Assembly: GCF_036321535.1 (NCBI RefSeq)
Contig: NC_087436.1
Coordinates: forward strand, 50,160,001 to 50,224,000
Length of the DNA: 64,000 bases
Direction of reading: 5' to 3'
Source of the DNA: Camelus dromedarius
Taxonomy: Eukaryota
Notes under the pieces: generated by a model
Told to the model about the DNA's origin: nothing
Database searches by the model: none
The model's input: the letters and a program-made list of their open reading frames with translations, nothing else
Program-made: the position numbers and the translations under genes
Part shown: piece after piece, positions 1 through 13,046 of the stretch
How the letters are laid out: each line of letters starts with the position of its first letter
Numbering within the stretch: position 1 is the first letter of the stretch

Positions 1-544
1 CCTTGTCACATGTGCTAGACAAGTGAGTTGAGTATTTCGTCTTTATTGTCTGTAATTCCTCACCTTGAAACACACTACAGAAAATCTACAGGAGGAGAGA
101 GTTAGGAAAGGGTGAGAGCTACAAAAGGGGTTCCACCCTTTTCTTAAAAACAAAAAACAAAAACTCTGAGCTCTAGAATGTCTCCTCTCTTCCGTTGGTT
201 CCTTGCTGTATTGCTAGTGAAAAGGAAAGGAAAGGCATGACCCAGGTTATGATAAACTATACATGCCAAAAGCTGATTGCACTTTTTAATTTTCCTGTTG
301 GGGGTAATTTTTCATTAGTGCAACAGGGAAATGAGTAATGATTGAACCAGAGATTTTGCCAAGTTTTTAGTTTTTTGTTTCTCTCTTACTCTCACTGCCT
401 TGAAAGAAACTTCTGCCTCCAGATAGCTTTACCATCTCCTGATGCCTGGTACAATGTTTTATCATTTAGTGTGCTCGGTTTTGAATGGTGCTACAAAAGC
501 ACCTGGAATGTAGCACTATATTTGTATATGTGTCTTGTTCTAAT

Positions 545-645
545 GCAGGTTCTAATCCTAAACCAGAGTGGCTATATCATATTTCTGTTGGTATCCCCAG
601 GGCTATAGACAGTAGGCACTTGATAAACATTTCTAATAAATAAAT
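545..645 (+). mobile_element. L2 LINE 3' end fragment
   Basis: gtatccccagggc...agtaggcacttgataaacattt...aataaatg resembles the L2 3' terminus; very diverged. Confidence 0.5.
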
Positions 646-1545
646 GGAGTTATAGGAACAATGGATATTACTAGAGTTTGCTTCAGCATTCTTCCTTTGT
701 CAAATGACAAACTATCAACATGCAGCTGTAACTGCACAGGATAAGTGATAGGAGAACTTTATGTATGTGATAAACTTAAGTGTAACAGTCCCCTATTTTT
801 AAAACAACTGAGATAGCCCCAACATTAATAACAGGATAAATTTTAAGAGAAAGTCATCCAAATAGCTTGTAACTATCAGATTTTCTTGTTATGTTAAGGC
901 AAAGTGGTTCCTAAAGTCTATGAGGCAAGAACAGAAAACAGAGGAGCAAGTGATGGACATTATTAATTTATTCACAGTTGCAGATAAAAGGGCACTGCAA
1001 TCGTTACACAGATCTACACTCAAGGACCCAGTATTTTCAGATATTTATATCTGTCATCTGTTGGGTTCCCTAAAGTACACGTTATACCACCCATGATGTT
1101 GCTTTAGACTATCCCAAGGAGAGAGAGCATGGCCATGGACATTCCCCTCACTTGTTTTAAAGAAATCTTTCAAAAAGGAGAAGCTGATCCAAATAGTACG
1201 CAATGTTGCTTGTTAGCAAGGTGGGAATGGATTGACTTGAACTTCATATTGTCTGTCACTTTTCCTCTCTATTTTCATAATAATATAAATATTTATTTAA
1301 AAGTCATTAATGTAGCAGTTATTGAATTTCAGGGACTGTGGTGGTGAAGAAAATATGGTTACTGCCCTCAAGATGCTCATGATATAGAAAGTTAAGTTCA
1401 GAAAAAAACCCAATATAAGGCAATGGACAATACAGAGACCAAATATGGAAATTCATAGGTCACATGGTTCTAAAAAGATCAGTGTTGGAATGCAACTCAT
1501 TTTTAAATTTCTTACCAGGTCCATCATACACTTAGTGGTAAAGAG

Positions 1546-1997
1546 ATTGTCAGTGGATGCCTGTGGGTTTTACCTGCCTGGCATCCTTTTCTGCCATCTA
1601 TGGTGACAGCACTATGGTTTTCCATGAGGGGCCTACCTTATTCCACTCTCAGTCCATGTGCTTCTTGTAGGGCTGGGTCATGTATTACAGAAGGAGGGTC
1701 AGGTAACAAATCAGAGCCAATGAGATCCATTCCACATACCATGTGTGGGAACATTGGGAAGGGAAAAATTGGGACTTCTGGGAGTCACCAGTTCAAACCT
1801 TAGAATATTTACCACAAAAAAAGAAGCAAAGATGAGAGACAGAGAGCAGGTCCTAATTATATCATTTGAGCTGCTGGTTTTAGTTATTCTTGTCTCCTCC
1901 AGTTAAGTAATCTAATTACATGCCCTTTTTTCCCAGCCATTTTGAGTTGGGTTTCTTCTTGCTGCCACTTGTACCCAAAAGATTACTGGCAAAGACA
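1546..1997 (+). mobile_element. Old MaLR LTR (MLT1K/L-like)
   Basis: 3' end ttgagttgggtttc...cacttgtacccaaaagattactggcaaagaca resembles MLT1 termini; gccaatgaga motif inside. Confidence 0.55.
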
Positions 1998-2934
1998 GGT
2001 CTCTCGAGTGTCTATAAAAGGGGAATTGAGCCAGAGGGAAAGAGTTATCTTACAAAGACAGAAAGAAAAGAATGAAGTGAAGCTACTCACTCTATCCCGA
2101 GCCCCTGAACAACACAGGACTTGAATTTTAGAAACGATGTTTTGACCAAAATACTTGGTGACATTCATGACACTATGTCCTAGTGCCTTGGTTCAGAGCA
2201 CTGCCCATGTAGCAGCATTCAGTGTTCATAAGCGCAGGAGCACTTGGACCACAACATGATCAATTATAGCTTCAGACTGGATGCCACATCTAATGCCACT
2301 GCTTGTGTGTAGGTTACTGTGGGCCAATCTCTTGAGTTTTAACTTCCTGACTTTTAAAATCTGTAATATTGGAAACAGTGGGGCCAATCAAAGGCACAAG
2401 AGCTCGGAAGACATGCCTTCTACTTGCTCTTTAACAAGTCTTTCCTGGGTGTCCCTTTTTGTAAAATTTTTCTTCTTTCATATGATTCTAAAATTTATGT
2501 GAGTAAAACATGCTATGCTTATGAAGGCAATTTTTTAAATAGTGATTAAGAGTAATGATTAAGTTTTCTTTGTGTGATTACTAAGAAAAATGTGTCTTGT
2601 TATAAATTTCAATTAAGCCCTGGGATCTGCTGCGAAGTCAAATGCAAGCTTCCTATTGCAGTCATTTACTAATCCCCATGTACTAAAATATCAGAATTGT
2701 TATTACATGTTTCACTACTTTTAATAAATGGTTTTCTTCCTATCTATATTTTGAAATTTGCATAGACCATATTTAAAGACTTTTATAAATACTTACATAA
2801 GCATTTGAAAAATTTGTTTTAAATTTATATGTAACAAAATTTCCTGAAGCTTGAAACAAATTATTTTGTCAAAATATCATTTCTGAAGTATAAGTATTTT
2901 GAATTCTTGTCTTATTGTAATGCAATTTATTTTG

Positions 2935-3170
2935 ACAGTTACTTATCAAATGCCTGCTGTATACCATCATAGATCTAGGAGCTGAGCATACGGCAGTGGA
3001 CTAGTCCCGCAGGACCTCTGTCCTCTAGCAAAGGAGATAGAATAAATAAGCAATCAGATAAATACACAAGATAATTTCTGTGCTGTGAGGAAATTAAAAC
3101 AGGGTGCTCTGATAGAAAGTCAAGTGACAGTGCCTTTCTGAGAAGGTGACATTTGATCTGAGATCTGAAT
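2935..3170 (-). mobile_element. L2 fragment
   Basis: acttatcaaatgcctgctgtataccat...gaaggtgacatttgatctgagatctgaa is typical antisense L2 sequence. Confidence 0.55.
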
Positions 3171-3188
3171 CTGTGTTGTGCTGTGTTA

Positions 3189-3568
3189 TGTTACGGGCTG
3201 AACTGTAACCCCCAAAATTCATATGTCAAAGTCCTAACCCCACTACCTCTGAATGGGACTGTATTTGGAGATAAGGTCTTTAAAGAGGTAATTAGGATAA
3301 AATGAAATCATTAGGGAACCCTAATCTAGTATGACTGGTGTCCTTAGCAGAGGAGATGAGGACACAGACATGCACAGAGAAACGAACAGGTGAGAACACA
3401 GTGAGAAAGCAGCCATCTATAAGCCAAAGACAGAGGCTTTGGAAGAAACAACCCTGCGGACACCTTGATCTCAGACATCTAGCTTCCAGAACTGTGAGAA
3501 AACAGATTTCTATTGGCTAAACGACCCAGTCTGGTATTTTATTATAGCAGCTCTGGCAAATTAGTTCA
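3189..3568 (+). mobile_element. MaLR solo LTR (MLT1B-like)
   Basis: Starts tgttacgggctgaactgtaacccccaaaattcatatg, contains gactgtatttggagataaggtctttaaagaggtaatt, ends tattttattatagcagc...ttca; about 380 bp. Confidence 0.85.
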
Positions 3569-4159
3569 TTCTACTATGAAGGTATTGAATATCTTGGGAG
3601 TAGGAAAATCTCCCATCACAACCCACAATCCTAAAGGTCTGCCTGCTCTCAATTTCCCATTGTAATCAAGTACATGAAGAGCAGAAATACATAGTTATTC
3701 ACAAACATTTCTTGAATCCAGTATTCTCAAGCTCCAAAGCTTTTATTGGAGCTTGTAGTAAGTAACAAAGGGACCAAAGTAGACTTGTATCTCTTTTAAG
3801 TGTCACACCCACACTTTAGGGGAGATATTAATGACTGAAGAGAGAAATAAAAATCAGAAACCATGCAGTAAAAGAAAACAAAAAGGTCAAGGTGTATTTC
3901 ATAAATTTAAAAATATGAAGCTAATATGTAATGTTAATTATTGATACTAAGTTTTATCTTTTTGTCATGTCTGAAGTATTAAGTCAACAGAGATGTTAAG
4001 GTATATGTTGCTCATATGGGGAGAATTTTTTAAAACGTATCCTTAATGAGAAAAAAAGAGAATTTCCCTCTCTGCTTTCCTGACATATGTATGGAGCTGT
4101 GCTTGAGAATACAAGATACACTTTCTATTTTTCTTGTAATACAGTCATGTATGTATTTG

Positions 4160-4831
4160 CTTTAATTAGTCAAAACTTCTGGATTGCTAGTGACAGAATC
4201 CTAAATTGATTTAATTTAAGCAAATCAGTTGATGTGTTATTGACTGAAATAATCAAGAAGAACAGAGAGACAAATGACCTTTCCGAAATGAGAACCAGAA
4301 ATTCTACTGCCATACAGCCTCTGTCCACCCATACCTCAAATTTTAGTTTAGATTTTCTTTAGTTTTTTTGGCGGGGGAGGTAATTTGGTTTATTCATTTA
4401 ATTTTTTTTAATGGAGGTCCTGGGGATGACCTCGTGCATGCTAAGCATGCACTCTACCACTTGAGCTACAGCTTTCCCCCATATCTCATACTTTGATGCC
4501 GGCTTTTATTGAAGACCAGCTTTTTCATATAGCAGGGAACTTGGCCATAGAAAGCATTTGGGCTTATTCTATATGCCTCCGTAAACAAAGATAAAAAAGC
4601 TCTTTCCCACCAGTTCTCATTATAAATGATGTAAGGAATGTCTCATTTTTGATTGACTTAGTCGTGTACCCATTCTTGAATCAATCATAGATGAATGAGA
4701 TACTGTTGGTTTAGTCTTAATCATAGCTTTACCCTCACAGTCAGGAGAAAAATCTGTTACCAGGGGGAGAATTGGGAGGGGGATGAGCAGACAGGACACT
4801 GGTAAAAACCTAAAAGAGCAAGTCTTGCACA
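4160..4831 (-). mobile_element. Old MaLR LTR (MLT1K-like), interrupted by a SINE
   Basis: ttagtcaaaacttctggattgctagtgacagaatcctaaa start and gattgacttagtc...cccattcttgaatcaatca resemble antisense MLT1K/J. Confidence 0.5.
4341..4480 (-). mobile_element. Camelid tRNA-derived SINE (Vic-1 type)
   Basis: Minus strand reads gggggaaagctgtagctcaagtggtagagtgcatgcttagcatgcacgaggtc..atccccaggacctccattaaaa...aaattacctcccccgccaaaa; degenerate TSD atacctcaaatttt (4331-4344) / atatctcatacttt (4481-4494). Confidence 0.9.
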
Positions 4832-6660
4832 TAATAGTCTGTTAATAACTGTTCCACAATAAGTTTTAGGTGCATCTTGAAAATGAATGGATTAATTAAT
4901 GAATAAAATAAAAATTAAAGTTGGGTAAATGAGTATTAACACAGAGTGATGCTGAGGTTTAAAAACTCAAATGTTCTAATTTAACTACTTGAATGAAAAA
5001 TTTTTTGAAGAGTTTTATTATAACACAAACTTTTTTTAAACCAAAAAGCATGACGTAACTTTTTAGACCTGCAAATTTGGAAATTTTGGCAGGAAGCCAA
5101 AAATTAAAATCTGTGAAAAGTGGCCTTTTATTTCTTCTTATACAATACTTTGCAGATTATTGTTTGAAGATTCTTATTCCTTTAAATGATAATACAGGAA
5201 AAAGAAACATGACCAGCATTAAAAATTTGTTCACAAAATATTTCTGAATTTCCCCACACACACAAACTGTCATGTGTTAAGCTTGTGATTGCTCTGATAA
5301 TTCTTTAACCTGGAATATCTATAAGGTGAGTGGTATGGTAGTTGCTAGAATAGTAAACAACATGCAACGAATCTAAAGTTCTCATCTTATTATTCCATAA
5401 GGTTTTCCAAACAAGGTCATGTGCTAGAATAACTATTGATTATCTCTCATGGCTCATGATATAGAGGAGTAAAGAAAAAGATGCAGAAGATACAATATTT
5501 AACCTTAGTGTGATGACAATCTAGATGGCAGAGAATGGTAGTCCTGAAGTAGAATCACTTCACCAAAAGATAATATGAAGATGTTATTTCAATCCAAGTT
5601 CTCTTGTTTTACAAGTGAAGGAACTACAGATTTCCGTAAATGAAGACACATGACATATAAGAAGCCAAATGTAGTCATGTAAAAGTGTAATTATGCCAAA
5701 ATAATGTAGGAAGCCAAATTTAGTGAAAGATGAGAAATTAAAATTTCAAAATCCCAAATAAGGGCTAGGACCACTTACCACGTCACACGGCATTGATGCT
5801 GGGAGATTTTGACCAGTGTTTTGCTTGCAGACAAAACGCAAAGCCTTCTTTATGAAAAATATAATATTCCTGAAGTACATAGGTGTTTGTAAGGACAAGC
5901 AAAGTGCAAATCTAACGCACATAACGTAAGACATGAGGAAACTCAACATAAGTAAGAGATCATCATGCAAACAAGTTAGTTGCAAGAGGTTCATATGTTT
6001 ATTACAAGTTCCCCAAATGCCATTTCCCTACCTCTGTAGGTAAGAAAAAGAACAAGAAAAAAAGGAGAGAAATTGTTAGAATTGGGGACTTTGTGATCAT
6101 TTTTAATAATTACCTGAATAATCACATTTCACCTAAGTTCTCTTATCCTGGTTTTATTTCCTCCACAAATACTTTGTACTAAAATTGTTTGTTTCCATTT
6201 AACCCAAATGTATTTATATCTGATGAAATACTTTTAAAAAGGAAAAAGATATTATTGGAAAACAGGAATGGCCAAATAACTTGTGAATACAACTTTCTCT
6301 TGCTTTTATTCATTGTTCTGCTATAGCATTTGGCTCTGGAAAAATCCATTTTTACGTTAAAATATCCTAAGAATGAGTTCCTGTGTTTCTGCAGATCCCT
6401 TGAATCCCTACTCTAGGCTACGTTCCTTCTTCCAGCCAAATACAGTGGTGCGCTGACCACCAATAGCTGTCCATCAGACACACTGCACACACCCAGCCGG
6501 CCTTCGACCAGGCACAAATCTGTGAGGCACCCCACCTCTGCCCTTCTTACAGCCTGATGACTCACAAGGCACTGAGGAAATGTTTTGCTAGATTACATAA
6601 ATTCTTTCAAATTCTCAACACTCCAATCTTCCCTGAATTTTAGATAGCCTTCACACAAAT

Positions 6661-6735
6661 ACAGTCAATTAAAAAAATACATATTTTAATAATGAACCAA
6701 CAGTCAATAAAAAATATATATAGTTTAATAATGAA
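6661..6735. repeat. Imperfect tandem duplication, period 39 bp
   Basis: acagtcaattaaaaaaatacatattttaataatgaa (6661-6696) and acagtcaataaaaaatatatatagtttaataatgaa (6700-6735). Confidence 0.8.
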
Positions 6736-6807
6736 AGCTGAGATGCATTTCTTACCAACAGCGTGACAGGCATTATTCTAAGTGTTCCACGTGTTTAGCT
6801 CACTCCA

Positions 6808-7050
6808 CAGGCAGCATGGCATGGTAATCAAGAGCCTGACTTCTGAAGCCAGAATGCCTGAGTTTAAATCATATGTGTCTCACTTGCTACCTGTGTGGCC
6901 TTGGGTAAGCCACCTCATTTATTAAATGGGATTAATAATAGCAGTATTTACCCTCTAGGGTTGCTATGAAGACTAAATGAGTTAGGACTTGTAAAGAAAT
7001 TTGAATACTCCTTGGGCCCTAGTAAGTACAATGTGAGCATGTTAAATAGA
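6808..7050 (+). mobile_element. MIR SINE
   Basis: aggcagcatggcatggtaatcaagagc...gctacctgtgtggccttgggtaagccac...aaatgggattaataatagcagtatttacc...gggttgctatgaagactaaatgag. Confidence 0.8.
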
Positions 7051-7079
7051 ATTTCAATTTTAAGTAAGTTTAAGTTCTG

Positions 7080-7195
7080 GTATTTTACCCATCTTATAGA
7101 TGAAGAAACTGAGATAAATATAGTCAAACAGCTTGATCCAGGGTACATAGCTGGTAAGTGGTAAAGCCAACTTCTGTAAATGCGGTGTCCTATTT
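7080..7195 (-). mobile_element. MIR SINE fragment
   Basis: cccatcttatagatgaagaaactgag...cagggtacatagctggtaagtggtaaagcc is the antisense MIR core; its other end is probably at about 6760-6807. Confidence 0.7.
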
Positions 7196-7249
7196 TGCAC
7201 TGTGTATGTGTGTACGCATGTGTGGTCTTAAAAGTGGGTGGAATAAAAT

Positions 7250-8500
7250 AAGTAATATTTGAAAATGAGTACAAATTTCCCAAATATTTTGAAAAACATC
7301 AAATTAGACTTCTAGTTAACTAGATGTCCACTAGACAGAAAGTTAAACACAAACAAGCAAATAAATACAGTTAAAATACTGAAAATCAAAGCTAGAGGAA
7401 ATAATATTAAAAGAATATGAAGAAAAATGACACATATAGATAGGAAAAACAGTGATAAGAATAACCACTGACTTCTCATCAGACAATTCAAATGAGATAA
7501 AAATAAGAAGACATATATAAAGAAGATATGTATATATAAAGTGTTAAAAGAAAAATGGCAATAAAGAATTCTATATTCAGTGAAAATATCCTTCACATAG
7601 GAAGGCAAAATATATATATCTTCAGATAAAGAAGCTGAAAGAATGAATGCTAGAATTTGCATTTCAAGAAATATTACAGGATGCTCTTCATGCTAAAGAA
7701 AAATGATACCATATGACAATCAAAAGGAATAAAAAAGAAATTTACCAAAGGAGAAAAGAGCACTAAATATGGAAATTTGTGGGTAAATATAAAGTTTTTT
7801 TTCTCTTTTATTTTGTAATTTAAAAAATGCAACTGATTTTTTAAAGTAAATATAATAACAATGTAATACTTTTCATTAAAAAAGACAAGAAGGAGAAAAA
7901 TGCAAGAAAAAATAAAAATAAATAGAAAAAATAGTCATGAAATGATAGGTATAGAATTAATCATATCAAAACTGAATGAATTGATCGTTTGAAATTATAG
8001 ACAGAGATAGTCCCTTTCATAAAAAAAGAAAATCACAATTTGCTATTTATAAGACTTGTATTACGCTTTAAAAGTATGGCAAGTAAATGTTAGCCTCTCT
8101 ATATAAAAATAGATTTTAAAAAGTTTCTTCTGTATAGCACAGGGAACTATGTTCAATATCTTGTAATAACCTTTAATGAAAAAATATATGAAAATGAATA
8201 TATGTATGTATATGCATGACTGGGACATTGTGCTGCACACCAGAAATTGACACATTGTCATTGACTTTACTTCAACAAAAAATAAAGAAATATTTTTTAA
8301 AAGGATAGCAAGTGATATACAATAATAAACACTAATCCTAAAAAAGCTGAAGTGATCCTGTTAATGTCAGATGAAACATATACTGTAAGACAGAATCTTT
8401 CAGAATCTTACAGAGATGAGAAAACTTTTATAATGATAAAAAGGTCATTTAATCAAGAAGACATGAATTCCAAAATGTGTATGCACTTTTTATATCGCCA
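7250..8500 (+). mobile_element. Ancient L1 (L1M-type): ORF1 3' part and ORF2 endonuclease start, degenerate
   Basis: gacttctcatcaga, agaattctatattcagtgaaaatatccttc and ttttataatgataaaaaggtcatttaatcaagaagacat match L1M ORF1/ORF2 motifs; A-rich plus strand. Confidence 0.7.
8085..8298 (+). mobile_element. Young camelid-type L1, 5'-truncated 3' end
   Basis: ttctgtatagcacagggaactat...gtgctgcacaccagaaattgacacattg...cttcaacaaaa; TSD aaaagtatggcaagt (8070-8084) / aaaaggatagcaagt (8299-8313). Confidence 0.9.
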
Positions 8501-8519
8501 ATAACCAACTGAAAATGAA

Positions 8520-8756
8520 TCCAGGTAGATCTTGTGCACTCGGTGGATTTGTGTCTCAGCTGAGAAATCCTGAATTTATGAAACCTCAATCTTTCATAAT
8601 GGGCTGCAAGGAAATGTGCCCAATGTTTGTTATATTTTTATTACACTGAAAGGACAATAAGCCCTGCCCCCTGCTCTGCCTATAGAAATGTCCTTGAAAA
8701 TACAGACACAGATGTCCAGAACTGTGAGAGATCCATGGGGAGAATGTCTCCCAACA
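8520..8756 (-). mobile_element. ERVL-class LTR fragment (LTR40/MER54-like)
   Basis: Minus strand begins tgttgggagacattctccccatggatctctcacagttctggacatc, similar to the LTR40-group 5' end. Confidence 0.6.
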
Positions 8757-10044
8757 ATCAGTATAAACAGAGAAACAGACATAAGTGCACTGGCAATGCT
8801 GTCTTTTATATTCCACGGTGTGTACATATGTACAATAACCTAAGTGACATTTTCACTATGACATATGACAAGGTCACTTCCAAAATACTAGTTTTGCATC
8901 TTCATAAAGTACCATGAGGAATTGTTTTTGTAACAGAATATAAAATATCTACTATAACACCATTTTATATTTTCCTGAGGTTTCTGACTACTTTGGGAAT
9001 AGCTGAGAAAACAGCTCACATTTCACACAAATACTCCACCAGAACACATTGATCATAAAGAACGACATTGCCACAGGTCTCCATGTAGATTGGTTTCCAC
9101 GTGGTAACTGGGATCACAGTAATATAGAGATCCAAGTAAACTGCAACAGAGAATTGAGCCAACTTTCTCAAAGTTTTAGGAGTGAAAATTAGAGGTGTTG
9201 AGAAAAATGAATGTTTTGGTAAATTATTCCTATTCAGTAATTTAACAAACATGTATCAGTTTGTGACAGGTACTAACAAAGGTGCCAGATTCAGAATTAA
9301 GTGAGTTAGACAGCCCTTCCTTGTTTTGTGAATTAAGTGTTTTAGGGGAAAAAGACAGACAGTATACAAATAAATTAATAAGTAACTTAATTTGCCCTAG
9401 TGTAATCCTTGAGGATGACAGGGGATACTGGGATAACAATTTTGGTGCTGATCGTGGTGCTGGTCATGTGCCACACTGGTGGCCCAGGAAGAGCACAGAG
9501 CGGACAGGAGACCAGGACACCACGGCCCCTTCCATTCACATGCTGTATGCGGAGCAGACGCCGGCTGACTCTTTCCACCAGGGCTCTCGTTCTCAGCCTT
9601 TAGGAGCCACGTTTTCCTTGAGCCTCTGGTGGAGGTGGGTACCCTCCTTCACATGATGTGAAGACTAAATGCCCAATTCTTATTGGTAAGTTTTGATGTG
9701 GAATTACAGCTACAGTGGTAATATATCAGCACTTGGTTGGCTGTAAGTAAAGTACACACTATTTTATTATCTGTTCCGTATAAAATGTGTGAAAAAAAAT
9801 GAGTGGCTGGTGGCATTTTCTTTTTTTTAATTTTAATGATTGTCAGTGAAAAGACTTGAAATCCAAGAGAAGTGCTACTGTGAGAAGATCTGGGGAAAAA
9901 ACTTTTGACAAAAGAACAGCACTCTAATGGTCTGGACCTAGAATAACCTTAGAGTATTTGAGGAACTGCAAGAAGGCTGGAAAGGAGTGGAAGAGAACCA
10001 CAGAGAAATAATGTCAGAGCATGGAGAGGTGTGGGTGGTAGTCT

Positions 10045-10503
10045 ATGGTGAGGATCCTAGTTTGAAGAACATAAATTCTTTTCTGTCTGTCCAGAGAAAC
10101 TTTTTCCTTTCTTGGAATGACAGAACTCCTTTCCTATGGAGCTGAGATGTCTCCCCAGGTTACAGGAATATGCATAAGACCAGACCTGCATGAACAACAT
10201 CTTATCCTCTAGTCACTGGCTGAAGGTAGACATATTATCTACACCAGGCCAATCAGAGGCATTCTCGGGACTTCTCCTATGGAGATTTTATGAGAAAATA
10301 CTTCTTTTTTAAATAATCAGAGACATGAGTATCTACGATATGAAAAGAGAGGCTGGGCCCTGATAATACTCCAGACTTAGGGTCCAGCCATGTTGTGTAC
10401 CAGTGAGCCACAGACAGTTGCATACAGCAGTAAATGCCACATATTGCTTAAGTTGGTTTGATTTCAGTTTAGCAATTTACAACTGAAAAAGTCTTGGCTA
10501 ATA
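10045..10503 (+). mobile_element. Old MaLR LTR (MLT1K/L-like)
   Basis: ccaggccaatcagaggcattctcgggactt, and 3' end ttgcttaagttggtttg...acaactgaaaaagtcttggctaata. Confidence 0.5.
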
Positions 10504-11129
10504 AGCCCATAAATACCCAGCCCCTACAAGTCTCTCTTCTTTTGCCTTGATGTTCAAGCAGAATAATGAGGGAGTCCTCAGAAAGTCCCTATTTGCCACA
10601 GTTGTTGACTCATCCAGCATACAGTTCCAACATTGGAAGAGCATCCTTTGACACTTTGGAGCATTAAAGTTGATGATTCTGCAGCCTCCACAGAATGCAG
10701 AGAGGAGCCTTCCTCTCCAGTGTAATGCATACCCGTGTGGAATACATGCCAAAGTTGGCTGGGGCTTCTAAAGTTACAGTTCTTGAACCACACATCTGTT
10801 TCAAGTCACTTACATAGGACTTTTTTAGTATAAATCTGCCACAAGGATGGCTCTGTTAAAGCACATTCTGGTGTTTTCTGCCTCATGTTTGACTCTCAGT
10901 TGAACTGGCAATCCATTCTTCTTGCCTCATACAACTCTTAAGATAAATTGTACATCAGAATTCTTATTTCCCTTTTTTATCACGTAACTTTGTAATTAAT
11001 CCAGTCAATATCCAGATAAATGCTGATGGCTTAAATTATCACCAGTATGATTTTGCCTTCTAAATTTATATCACCACCCCAGTCTTCAATGCCAACTTAT
11101 GGGGCCAGATATCCAGTGAGTCACTCAAC

Positions 11130-11600
11130 TTCTTTACCTAGATGCCTTAACTTTAGTTCAATACACAGAATGTACCATGTCATAATCTCCTTCACTTGCC
11201 ACATGTCTCCTTGATTTTATCTTTTAAATAATGTTACTGTTTTAATCTTTGTAACCATCAGCCTAGACCAATTACAAATACCTTCATCTGGGTTTCTGCG
11301 GTGTCCTCCTAACTGCCCTCCATGGAATCACCCTGCCCACTTCCAATGACTACTCCCTGCTCCAACAGAAAATAATTAAAACTCAGTCTAATCATTCCAA
11401 TTCCATGCTTAAAATCTGCTGATGAATAGAGGCACATCAGTTTTCATATAAATATAAAACTCCTAAGCATGTTCCCTGAGGACCTGCACAACTATCTCTT
11501 GCCTTCCAGTCCATCCACATCTCAAATCACTCTTCCCCCCATTAGTTCTTTTGCACACATTCTTTCCACCAGTTATAACACAAAAACCTGCTTCATGTTC
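11130..11600 (+). mobile_element. L2 fragment
   Basis: gcctagaccaattacaaataccttcatctgggtttctgc...ccatgcttaaaatc...aaaactcctaagcatg resemble the L2 3' region. Confidence 0.5.
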
Positions 11601-12861
11601 GTAGCTGTAAATTATGACATCTAGCTGCTGTTCTTATTTCTTCTTTCTCGTCCAGTATCTGTGCCATTCCTTTCCAATACAAGCATTCACATCCAGAACT
11701 AGGTGAATATTTTTGTTACTGTTTTTATTTCTCAGAGTGAGATATAATAAAGAATGTGCTTCATAGCTAGGGAAGGGAAGAATTAGAATTAAGATCTGAC
11801 ACTTTGTCATGATTGATAGATCATTTTTCTTAGTGACAGGAAGGTGCCAAGAATTATGCTTGCTTCTACTGTTTCCTAAGATGAGTAAGATCTGGCACAC
11901 TGGACCCCCTCAAAAAAAGTGTGTGACTAAGAAGTAAAAATCTTGACAATCACTGAGGTACACCACCAAATCTGTCCTGGGATGGATGTTTATTTCTGTA
12001 TTCTTAAAATTTTCTGGATATGAGCCTATAAGTCTTGTTGGGAATCTTTCTAATTCCTTAATAGATGGATAAATATTTTTTAAAATCTCTTCTAATACAG
12101 AAGGTATTTTAAAGGGAAATCTAATTGAAGGCAAAGAAAAGTTGTCCTCAGGATTTACTAAGTGATAATAAGAAGCCGCTGGCTACTGCTATTAAAAAAA
12201 CATGATTTTTCCCCGAGAAACCTGAGAGAGAAAATGTCAGAATTTTATTAAAGACAAGGAGAGGGATTATGATATTATCCCTGCTCTTCTCCTTCAAAAA
12301 GAGCCCAGTGTCTTTACATCTCTTTTGAACAGCTTACATTTTCTACAGCTACTAGTTCAAATCTTACCCAGTCTTCTTTCCACATAATTCTATTATATGA
12401 AAAACTGCGGTTTATACTTTAAATTCCAGTCATTAGCCTAGAGAAATTATCGGCAGGAAATCTGGTCCTTGTATCCATCTGTGGAGAAAATCTCAGGTAA
12501 TGTTGCTGTGCACAGTGAAATTCCAGAGGCAGACTACCAAAATTAACACAGGAATGATAGATAACTCAAATTGATTTTTCAGTCCATTCAACTTCTTCAC
12601 AGATTAATGCATAATTAATGCCATTCAATGTGCTAAGGAGAATCCACCTCAGTTATGATGACTTCTATCACACCATCCTTCCACACTTAATGTCGAACAG
12701 AGCAACTGGGAAAATAGGCAGAAAAACATCCTAATTTCCTTGTTTATCTCAAATACGGAATATTTTCTCTCCATATAGATACATTTAGAAAATTTAGAAG
12801 AAAATATATGGAGAAAAACTTCTAGAATAGAATAAGAATTCAAAATGCTTATGGACTGTAT

Positions 12862-13046
12862 AAGAGAAAGAAAGAGAAAAGGAGGGAGGGAAAAAAGGAA
12901 GGAACAGAGCAAGCCAGAAAGACAGAGAGGGAGGGAGGGAGGAAGGAAGAGGAATGAGGAAGGGAGGAAGGAAAAGAGAAAAGAAAAGACAAAGGAGAGT
13001 GGAAGGGAGGGAGGGAGGGAGAAGAAAGGGAAGAAAAAGAGGAAGA
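12862..13046 (+). repeat. Polypurine low-complexity tract (GGAA/GGGA/GAAA)
   Basis: About 185 bp almost entirely A/G on the plus strand. Confidence 0.9.
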
